IMG/VR virus record: IMGVR_UViG_3300046786_000331
Coordinates: 64,001-128,000 of that record
DNA: 64,000 bases
Direction: 5' to 3' (one strand)
Origin: a virus
Shown: positions 1 through 6,082 of the stretch, piece by piece
Layout of the letters: the number at the start of each line of letters is the position of its first letter
How positions within the stretch are numbered: position 1 is the stretch's first letter
Made by a program: the position numbers and the translations under genes
Notes under the pieces: generated by a model
Database searches by the model: none
The model's input: the letters and a program-made list of their open reading frames with translations, nothing else
What the model was told of the DNA's origin: nothing

Positions 1-36
1 ACAAAGCTAGGGCAAGCGCCAGTTAACGGTGGAGCT

Positions 37-161
37 CATATAAAAACACACTAGTGCATTATAGTGAATCAGGTCGCTCCTGTGGAAGCTATCCATGTAT
101 CAATTGCCCTGGTGGGAAAGGTCGACGAGTGCGGTTCGATTCCGTAGTGTGTTTTTATATG
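37..161 (+). ncRNA. Helix-closed structured RNA element E1 (17-bp terminal inverted repeat, internal T-arm)
   Basis: CATATAAAAACACACTA (37-53) is the perfect reverse complement of 145-161; GCGG-TTCGATT-CCGT T-arm lies just before the 3' strand. Confidence 0.6.
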
Positions 162-235
162 GTGATGTAGTTCAGTGGTAGAACACCTCCTTCATACGGA
201 GACTGTCGGCGGTTCAAGTCCGTCCATCACTACCA
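161..235 (+). tRNA. tRNA-Met/Ile2 (CAT)
   Basis: Cloverleaf, loop TTCATAC, GGTTCAAGTCC T-arm, ACCA end. Confidence 0.9.
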
Positions 236-242
236 GATTTGT

Positions 243-316
243 TGGTCTATGGTGTAATGGTAACACAACAGACTTTGACTCTGTCGTTCCAGGTTCGAGC
301 CCTGGTAGGCCTGCCA
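243..316 (+). tRNA. tRNA-Gln (TTG)
   Basis: ACAGA-CTTTGAC-TCTGT arm, GCCA end. Confidence 0.95.
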
Positions 317-325
317 ACAAACAAT

Positions 326-417
326 GCCAGCGAGACTTGGTAGTCAGAGAGTCCTTATAAGACTTTTAGCGCCAGATTAGCGTTCTTGAGTGGGTTCGAT
401 TCCCACCGCTGGTACCA
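326..417 (+). tRNA. Non-canonical tRNA, anticodon TAT (nominal Ile), long variable arm
   Basis: GCCAGCG/CGCTGGT acceptor, 4-nt D-loop, loop CTTATAA, ~22-nt variable region, T-arm, ACCA. Confidence 0.8.
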
Positions 418-421
418 ATAT

Positions 422-496
422 CGGTCCTTAGTTCAATGGATAGAATGCCATGCTTCGAACTTGGAGATGTGGGTTCGATTCCTGCAGGACCGGCCA
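422..496 (+). tRNA. tRNA-Arg (TCG)
   Basis: Cloverleaf, loop CTTCGAA, GCCA. Confidence 0.93.
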
Positions 497-503
497 AAGA
501 TAT

Positions 504-578
504 GCGCCCGTCGTATAGTGGAGAATACACGATCCTACGAAGTTCGGAACGGTGGTTCGATTCCATCCGGGCGCACCA
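504..578 (+). tRNA. tRNA-Arg (ACG)
   Basis: Cloverleaf, loop CTACGAA, ACCA. Confidence 0.93.
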
Positions 579-583
579 ACAAT

Positions 584-657
584 GTTGTTCCTAGTGTAGT
601 GGCTGCACACCTGTCTGTGAAACAGGTAGAGAGGGTTCGATTCCCCGGTTCAACCCA
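584..657 (+). tRNA. tRNA-His (GTG)
   Basis: CCTGT-CTGTGAA-ACAGG arm, G-1/C73, CCA. Confidence 0.88.
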
Positions 658-667
658 AGGAAATATT

Positions 668-1087
668 ATGGAACAAATGAAAACATACAATACACTAAAA
701 GGTTCCGTGAAAACATTCGAAGAACTCTTAGGCCGTACATTGTACAAAGTAACAGCAGATGGCGAAGAATTAACTTTGTATCTATCCGAAACAAACTATG
801 TAAGATTTTATCACAGCCAAGACTGTTGCGAACATGTGTATATCGAAGATATCTGCGGTGACTTACAAGACTTAGTCGGAGCACCCCTGTTAATAGCAGA
901 AGAAGTATCAGACGAGTTATACGAAGCAGAACATACACCAGATTATTCCGAATCATACACATGGACATTCTATAAGTTTGCTACCCGAAAAGGATATGTA
1001 GACGTTCGGTGGTTTGGTAGTTCAAATGGTTATTATTCTGAAAGTGTAAGTGTTGATTTTGTTGACACCACCTTAGAAGAAGATTAG
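668..1087 (+). CDS. Conserved phage hypothetical protein (HxQDCCE...WTFYK...GxSNGYYSE)
   Basis: ATG at 668 after AAGGA; the longer track ORF (386) runs through tRNA genes. Confidence 0.8.
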   Translation: MEQMKTYNTLKGSVKTFEELLGRTLYKVTADGEELTLYLSETNYVRFYHSQDCCEHVYIEDICGDLQDLVGAPLLIAEEVSDELYEAEHTPDYSESYTWTFYKFATRKGYVDVRWFGSSNGYYSESVSVDFVDTTLEED

Positions 1088-1161
1088 GATGATTATTTCA
1101 GTGGTAGAATAACTCCTCGACACGGAGTAGGTCGCAAGTTCGAACCTTGCATCATCCACCA
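1087..1161 (+). tRNA. tRNA-Val (GAC)
   Basis: ACTCC-TCGACAC-GGAGT arm, ACCA. Confidence 0.9.
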
Positions 1162-1257
1162 TATATGTAAACACACTAGTAAAAGAACGAACATAGTATC
1201 TTAGGGCCTAGCCTGCGGCATTGTCGGATGACGGTGGCTAGTGTGTTTTCATATGTG
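1160..1257 (+). ncRNA. Helix-closed element E2
   Basis: 1160-1179 pairs with 1238-1257 (AAACACACTAG/CTAGTGTGTTT core); fills the tRNA-Val to tRNA-Phe spacer exactly. Confidence 0.55.
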
Positions 1258-1332
1258 CCGCGGTAGCTCATCAGGTAGAGCAGCAGACTGAAAATCTGTG
1301 TGTGGCTGGTTCGAGTCCAGCTCGTGGCACCA
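1257..1332 (+). tRNA. tRNA-Phe (GAA)
   Basis: Cloverleaf, loop CTGAAAA, ACCA. Confidence 0.95.
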
Positions 1333-1335
1333 TAT

Positions 1336-1419
1336 GCGACTGTGGTGTAATTGGTAGCCACAGCAGACTTAAAATCTGCCGCCTTGTGCGTACCGGTTCG
1401 AGTCCGGTCAGTCGCACCA
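1336..1419 (+). tRNA. tRNA-Leu (TAA)
   Basis: Class II cloverleaf, loop CTTAAAA, ACCA. Confidence 0.95.
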
Positions 1420-1450
1420 AATATATTTTCACATTGTTAACCAAAATATG

Positions 1451-1479
1451 TTGACAGGTGATAAATTAGAACATATACT
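1451..1479 (+). promoter_or_regulatory. Sigma70-type promoter
   Basis: TTGACA-17 bp-TATACT. Confidence 0.8.
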
Positions 1480-1509
1480 ATATAGATGCTGTTAACAAAA
1501 CAGTGTAAA

Positions 1510-1522
1510 TGTTCTTTAAAAA
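1510..1522 (+). promoter_or_regulatory. boxA-like antitermination site
   Basis: TGTTCTTTAAAAA vs rrn boxA TGCTCTTTAACAA, ~25 nt after the predicted transcription start. Confidence 0.5.
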
Positions 1523-1539
1523 TTCGTAAAGGTATTTTT

Positions 1540-1623
1540 GCCCCGGTGGTGTAATGGTAGCCACGCTGGTCTTAGAAGCCAGTGGAGAGATCCGTGTCGG
1601 TTCGAGTCCGACCTGGGGCACCA
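1540..1623 (+). tRNA. tRNA-Leu (TAG)
   Basis: Class II cloverleaf, loop CTTAGAA, ACCA. Confidence 0.95.
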
Positions 1624-1726
1624 TATCAAAGTACATAAATGCGTAGGCCACGCAGATGTAGCGGATTACAGCTTTGCCCTGTGCAGAGTAGACAGGTTCA
1701 ATTCCTGTGAATGTACTTTGATATGG
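1621..1726 (+). ncRNA. Helix-closed element E3 (16-bp perfect IR, four internal hairpins including a T-arm)
   Basis: CCATATCAAAGTACAT/ATGTACTTTGATATGG; internal ACAGG-TTCAATT-CCTGT. Confidence 0.6.
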
Positions 1727-1740
1727 TTTAAAAAATTAAA

Positions 1741-2626
1741 GGGTAGTTTATTATCCTGTAGTGTATGGTTCGCCCAGCATTACGAAGAATAAGTGAGGTG
1801 ACTCACCCAAAGCTAGAATGCCTACATACTAGCGCCAGCAATGGTTCATGTAAACAAGCCTGCTCACTGTCGCGAGGCAGCGTTCACTGATAAGACCGGT
1901 GGATGTAACAGCAAAGCTGATGTATGGGGAAGAATGTGTATCGACTGGCCCGCAAGGGAACCAGGGTGCATGAAAAGTAACAGGTGGTGCTGACTTCCAT
2001 ACAAAACCAATCAGTCAGTTGGTATGAGAAAGGGTAGTGTATTGGTTCGAAGGGTCGCACCTAAGAGCTCGTATGCAATGTAAATGGTTAGTGGGTTGTA
2101 GCAATACAGCACATCGATCGTGAAACATCACTGAGTAGCTCGCGAGGCAAAAGGTATGTGGTGAGTTGTATTTCGTATTCCAAAAGATTATGAAGCAACT
2201 GAGGCAGCTCATCGCGGTAGGTTCAATGTAGATCAATGGTAGATCGTCTGTCTTTTAAACAGAATGCTGTGGGTTCAAATCCCATCATTAACAAAAATGC
2301 AAAGACTGCCTCGGTTATGTGTGAAAAGTATCTAATACTTGACACGCAAGTGAATCAAGTCTAATGAAGCTCGCAAGGTAACATTAGTTTATACTGGAAG
2401 TTTCGTAAGTGGTTAGCGCCGCTGAATAGCTCGCAAGGTTAACGGGATAGATGGTGTAGAATAGCACATAACGACAAGCCTACTGCCTGGCTTTAAAAAC
2501 GGCGATGCTGTAAGCAGACTAGGATACCGCAAGGGTCTTAGTGGATGTCTAGAGAACGTATGCTCGCAAGGTGTACGGTAATGCTAGAGGTGCTTATGGC
2601 TTAAGGTGTAATCTCAACCTTAGGCA
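1741..2626 (+). ncRNA. Large ornate ncRNA, probably GOLLD
   Basis: ~890 nt without a credible ORF inside a phage tRNA array; many GCAA/GCGA-capped hairpins; 3' hairpin GCTTAAGGT-GTAATCTCA-ACCTTAGGC; embedded tRNA. Family assignment from recall, not searched. Confidence 0.7.
2221..2292 (+). tRNA. tRNA-Lys (TTT)-like domain embedded in the large ncRNA, no CCA
   Basis: D-arm GATC-AATGGTA-GATC, TCTGT-CTTTTAA-ACAGA, GTGGG-TTCAAAT-CCCAT; bulged acceptor stem. Confidence 0.75.
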
Positions 2627-2728
2627 CTATTATAAAACACATTGGGTTGTTGGTCTTACTTCGATAGTAAGGACAGCGGTGACTGAAGTACAAGGTCGAT
2701 ACGTTGCTACAGTGTGTTTCATAATAGT
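2626..2728 (+). ncRNA. Helix-closed element E4
   Basis: ACTATTATAAAACACATTG (2626-2644) pairs with CAGTGTGTTTCATAATAGT (2710-2728). Confidence 0.55.
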
Positions 2729-2732
2729 TTGT

Positions 2733-2807
2733 GCCTGGATAGCTCAGGGGGAGAGCGTCTGCTTTACACGCAGAGGGTCCGCGGTTCGAAACCGTGTCCA
2801 GGTACCA
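2733..2807 (+). tRNA. tRNA-Val (TAC)
   Basis: Loop TTTACAC, ACCA. Confidence 0.95.
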
Positions 2808-2813
2808 AATATT

Positions 2814-2901
2814 GGAGCATTGGCCGACCGGTTAAGGCAACAGATTGCTAATCTGTCATTCAGCAATGGGTGAGTAGGTTCGATTCCTACATGCTCCGCC
2901 A
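2814..2901 (+). tRNA. tRNA-Ser (GCT)
   Basis: Class II, loop TTGCTAA, GCCA. Confidence 0.95.
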
Positions 2902-2923
2902 GATACAAAAAGGAAAACTAAAA

Positions 2924-3109
2924 ATGATGAAACCAGGCAAAACATTTAAACTCAGCAAGCCTACTAAAACTATGCTTGCATTAGGCGGCTTCCGCAATCA
3001 GGAAGATCGTAATCGTTGGAAACGTGCAATGATTGATGCAGAACTTTGCAGTGCTGTACAGCCAAAGCGTGAAAAGCGTCCAAGCGGTCCACAAGGAAAT
3101 ACCCAGTAA
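2924..3109 (+). CDS. Small basic hypothetical protein
   Basis: AAGGA SD then ATG at 2924. Confidence 0.7.
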   Translation: MMKPGKTFKLSKPTKTMLALGGFRNQEDRNRWKRAMIDAELCSAVQPKREKRPSGPQGNTQ

Positions 3110-3369
3110 TGGTAGCCCGTAACGATATTACCGGCGATGTTATCCAAACAAAGGGTGCATCTTCTTCTTATCGTGATAACTACGATAACATTTTTAGGAA
3201 AGATAAAATGCAAGTTAGAGTACAAGAAAACGAGTCAGAAATTGGCAAGTGTGGTTGTGGTCGCAGTCCAACTGGAAAATGTATCGGGTGGCATGGTCTA
3301 ACCGAAGCCGACTTTCAATCTAAGTTAGCCAACTTTATGGCTGAAGAACAATTGAAAGAAGATAAGTAA
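3109..3369 (+). CDS. Hypothetical protein with CDGSH-like Cys/His (Fe-S/Zn) motif
   Basis: CGCGRSPTGKCIGWH; TAATG coupling. Confidence 0.65.
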   Translation: MVARNDITGDVIQTKGASSSYRDNYDNIFRKDKMQVRVQENESEIGKCGCGRSPTGKCIGWHGLTEADFQSKLANFMAEEQLKEDK

Positions 3370-3375
3370 AACACT

Positions 3376-3451
3376 GGGGGTATAGCTCATCTGGTAGAGC
3401 AGGTGCTTTGCAAGCATCAGGTGGCAGGTTCGAGTCCTGTTGCCTCCACCA
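3376..3451 (+). tRNA. tRNA-Ala (TGC)
   Basis: G3:U70, loop TTTGCAA, ACCA. Confidence 0.95.
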
Positions 3452-3503
3452 AGCACTCTCCATGACACACGGAGTATAATGTGATAAGTTGTGTGTTAAC
3501 TTT

Positions 3504-3577
3504 GCCCTTATAGTTAAATGGTATAACGACGGTTTTGTAATCCGTAATTTGCAGTTCGATTCTGTGTAGGGGCACCA
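3504..3577 (+). tRNA. tRNA-Thr (TGT)
   Basis: Loop TTTGTAA, ACCA. Confidence 0.92.
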
Positions 3578-3586
3578 AAGAATTAT

Positions 3587-3662
3587 TCCCTAGTAGCTCA
3601 GCGGTAGAAGCACCTGACTGTTAATCAGGGTGTCGGTGGTTCGATCCCACCCTGGGGAGCCA
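3587..3662 (+). tRNA. tRNA-Asn (GTT)
   Basis: Loop CTGTTAA, GCCA. Confidence 0.95.
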
Positions 3663-3694
3663 GTTTTGCTAGTTTCTTAAAACTAGCCAGTGAA

Positions 3695-3898
3695 GTGAAA
3701 GGTAGATGAGGATAGACAAAACCATTTGGCTTCATGCTAAATGAACAATACTCCAGACACCCTTGAAAAGTGTTCGTGTTGTTGTGCTCCGGCCCTAAAG
3801 ATTTTGTTATTTGATTTCCGGAAATATAATGGCCTCTGTGGATTGCTTTTTGAACATTGTAATTTGCACATTGTCCGGTCTATTACTTGACCTTTCAT
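3695..3898 (+). ncRNA. Candidate structured RNA with 7-nt periodic UUG tract
   Basis: Closing helices GTGAAAGGT/ACCTTTCAT and GATAGAC/GTCTATT; TTG at 3843, 3850, 3857, 3864, 3871 and at 3804, 3811. Confidence 0.55.
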
Positions 3899-3915
3899 GG
3901 ATCTGTTGTTATAAT
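3887..3915 (+). promoter_or_regulatory. Sigma70-type promoter for rpoZ
   Basis: TTGACC-17 bp-TATAAT. Confidence 0.7.
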
Positions 3916-3942
3916 AGTTTATACAAACACAAAGGACATAAC

Positions 3943-4188
3943 GTGGCTAGATATACATCAGAAGCAGCAGTAGAAGCAATTGGAAACAGATTTAACCTAG
4001 TGCTAGCCGCTAGTCAACGAACCCGTGAACTTAAACGAGGTCATGCACAACTTGTAGACGGTAAAGACGCAAGTTTTAACGTTACAGCTTTGCGTGAAAT
4101 CGAAGCAGGCAAATATACAATGAAAGACTACTTGGATTCGATTCCAAGAAAACAAAAAGGACGTAGAAATGAATTTGACATTACGTAA
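3943..4188 (+). CDS. rpoZ: RNA polymerase omega subunit homolog
   Basis: GTG after AAGGA; MAR...NRFNLVLAASQRTREL...TALREIEAG. Confidence 0.9.
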   Translation: MARYTSEAAVEAIGNRFNLVLAASQRTRELKRGHAQLVDGKDASFNVTALREIEAGKYTMKDYLDSIPRKQKGRRNEFDIT

Positions 4189-4744
4189 GGCAAACGCTAT
4201 CCAGAATAGCATCAACGAGGCAATCAAAGGCATCGAGATTAAGACAACTGTAGAACTAAACGAGTTCCAAGCAGTTGAGGCAGAGTTGCAAAAAGCAAAC
4301 ACAACATTGTTTGCAAATGACGCTCGCCGTCAAAAGCTGTTGTTGGCTTTGTATAACATTCGCGGGCTAGTTGGCACTGCGAACGCTAGTGCAGGTATTG
4401 ACCTGAGCCTAGCAAAGGCAGCGTTTATTGATAAACGCATTGCACAGCTCGACGAGCTAGCAAAGGCAGAAGTTATCACTGATCTTGCAGTGATTACGGG
4501 TAAGCTAGACAAGATTAAAAATGACAAGAGTGAAACTGCTCGTAGTCGTATCTACGGATACAATGACACAGTTTCAACTAGTGTTGTAAGTGCTGAGCAA
4601 TCAGCATCGATTAAGAATGAGATTAAAAATCTCAAGAAGCAAAAACAAAAACTCAATGACGAAGTTCTTGAGTTAAACATCAAGACAGAGATTCCTTTGT
4701 CAGATGATGTAGTGGCAACACTAACAGCTGAAGGCTTAATCTAA
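4169..4744 (+). CDS. Long coiled-coil protein (resembles DIP1984-like family)
   Basis: All-helical heptad pattern; C-terminal KKQKQKLNDEVLELNIKTEI; family resemblance by eye only. Confidence 0.75.
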   Translation: MNLTLRKANAIQNSINEAIKGIEIKTTVELNEFQAVEAELQKANTTLFANDARRQKLLLALYNIRGLVGTANASAGIDLSLAKAAFIDKRIAQLDELAKAEVITDLAVITGKLDKIKNDKSETARSRIYGYNDTVSTSVVSAEQSASIKNEIKNLKKQKQKLNDEVLELNIKTEIPLSDDVVATLTAEGLI

Positions 4745-4940
4745 CAGACCCCGGGTTCCGAGCAACCGTTATTGCTCGGGGTTATTGAATAGACCAAACT
4801 ATTCACTGTGCGTAGGATCTACAGCAAGGCCTGTTCGGCGACTTGAGAATATCCTAGGTAGACGAATAGTCCAACCAAAAGGGACAACGTGGACGGAGTA
4901 AACGCCCAGTTTAGGGCTCCTGTGGTGGGAGTGGCTAAAC
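4745..4940 (+). ncRNA. Candidate structured RNA
   Basis: GC-richer intergenic stretch with hairpins CCGAGCAA/TTGCTCGG, TGAATAG/CTATTCA, TAGGAT/ATCCTA, GTTTAG/CTAAAC. Confidence 0.45.
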
Positions 4941-5058
4941 ACTTTATTAGAATACATTAGGAGTTTGTCTGGAATCCAGTATCAAGCAATTGATATCCAG
5001 AACGGAGTAACGTGGGCAAGATGGATTTTGCTACGCCGACAGTGTATTCTAATAAAGT
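4941..5058 (+). ncRNA. Helix-closed element E5
   Basis: ACTTTATTAGAATACATT pairs with AGTGTATTCTAATAAAGT; internal TATCAA-GCAA-TTGATA hairpin. Confidence 0.55.
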
Positions 5059-5069
5059 TAAATAGTTGT

Positions 5070-5633
5070 ATGTCGACAGATAGATTTTACAAACAAACTA
5101 CAATTCCTGCTCCTAGTGTAGATTACAAAACAATATGGAATGTAGATCCTAAAGATCCTGCTGACACAAATCCAAGATGGTTAACTTATCCTAAGGATAG
5201 TAAAATCTGGAATGACGACATATTAAATAGATTAAAAACTGTTGGACTAAAACCGAGACTTATAAGAGTCTTTAGATGGAAACCCAACAGTGTGTTTCCT
5301 TGGCATATCGACGGTTCAGTAAATGAAATTACTGAATTTGCAATTAATTGGGTATATGAAGGCAGTGGAATTATTCAGTGGAATTCAAGTTTAGAATTAC
5401 CTAAACCTGCTGAAAAAAATTACCATCTTGCTTACGGGTCTTTTAATGGTAAAGCCGAAGATAAATTTGAAGCAGAAGCATTAGGACATGGATGTGTAGT
5501 TAACACTACTATTCCACACAGAGTTTTGAATTTAAGTGACGTTCATAGAATTACTGTTTCAATACAGTTTGGAAATGAATTCACTTATAGTGAAACTGTA
5601 GAGAAATTAAAATCCTGCGGTTTCATAGAATAA
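5070..5633 (+). CDS. Fe(II)/2OG oxygenase-like (cupin) protein
   Basis: WHID...PHRV...RITVS; TAAATA 5 nt before ATG. Confidence 0.7.
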   Translation: MSTDRFYKQTTIPAPSVDYKTIWNVDPKDPADTNPRWLTYPKDSKIWNDDILNRLKTVGLKPRLIRVFRWKPNSVFPWHIDGSVNEITEFAINWVYEGSGIIQWNSSLELPKPAEKNYHLAYGSFNGKAEDKFEAEALGHGCVVNTTIPHRVLNLSDVHRITVSIQFGNEFTYSETVEKLKSCGFIE

Positions 5634-5638
5634 GTTAT

Positions 5639-5712
5639 AGCGGGTAGGGCGGCCACCACTCCAGTCTCATAAGCTCGGAGCATCCCAGGTTCAAATCCTG
5701 GACCCGCATCCA
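5639..5712 (+). tRNA. Atypical tRNA-Met (CAT), initiator-like 1:72 mismatch
   Basis: Loop CTCATAA, T-arm CCAGG-TTCAAAT-CCTGG, TCCA; degenerate D-arm. Confidence 0.7.
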
Positions 5713-5717
5713 TATAT

Positions 5718-5794
<77 letters not shown>

Positions 5795-5810
5795 TCAACA
5801 TAAAGGCAAT

Positions 5811-5993
5811 ATGACTAAAGAAGAAGAAAAAGCAGCAACAGATTTAGCACTTGAAGAATTCTTTGCAAAAGGCGGCGTGGTTCAAAAATTAAAACCTAAT
5901 CAAAGTGGAAGAGTAGAAGGTGCAGGTTATTCACCTTGGTCTAAGAAACCCTCTACTAGTCCGTTAGCAAATCCTCCTGAAGACGAAGAATAA
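5811..5993 (+). CDS. Small hypothetical protein
   Basis: AAAGG SD; EFFAKGGVVQKL motif. Confidence 0.7.
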   Translation: MTKEEEKAATDLALEEFFAKGGVVQKLKPNQSGRVEGAGYSPWSKKPSTSPLANPPEDEE

Positions 5994-6068
5994 CTTGCTG
6001 TAGTTCAATGGATAGAACGGCTCTCTCCTAAAGAGTAGATCCAGGTTCGATTCCTGGTGGCAGGACCA
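5994..6068 (+). tRNA. tRNA-Arg (CCT)
   Basis: Loop CTCCTAA, ACCA. Confidence 0.93.
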
Positions 6069-6082
6069 GCTATAAATATGTT

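Noticed and set aside
175-667. ORFs 175-360, 366-566, 428-610 and the 5' extension of 386-1087
   Set aside because: They overlap clear tRNA genes and are shadow translations.
1741-2626. rRNA fragment, group I/II intron, RNase P RNA or tmRNA
   Set aside because: I saw no universal rRNA motifs, interrupted host gene, RNase P P4 signature or tmRNA Ala-acceptor ends. Context and size fit GOLLD better.
1538-2873. ORFs 1538-1792, 2015-2236, 2571-2873
   Set aside because: They overlap tRNAs and the structured RNA, with no SD or protein motifs.
3811-3942. Track's 5' extension of rpoZ, and similar extensions at 4965, 7618, 11415, 47745
   Set aside because: Homology motifs and SD or promoter positions indicate downstream starts (3943, 5070, 7663, 11529, 47829).
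37-5058. CRISPR array interpretation of the repeated helix motifs
   Set aside because: The repeats are inverted pairs, divergent between copies and irregularly spaced; no cas genes are present.
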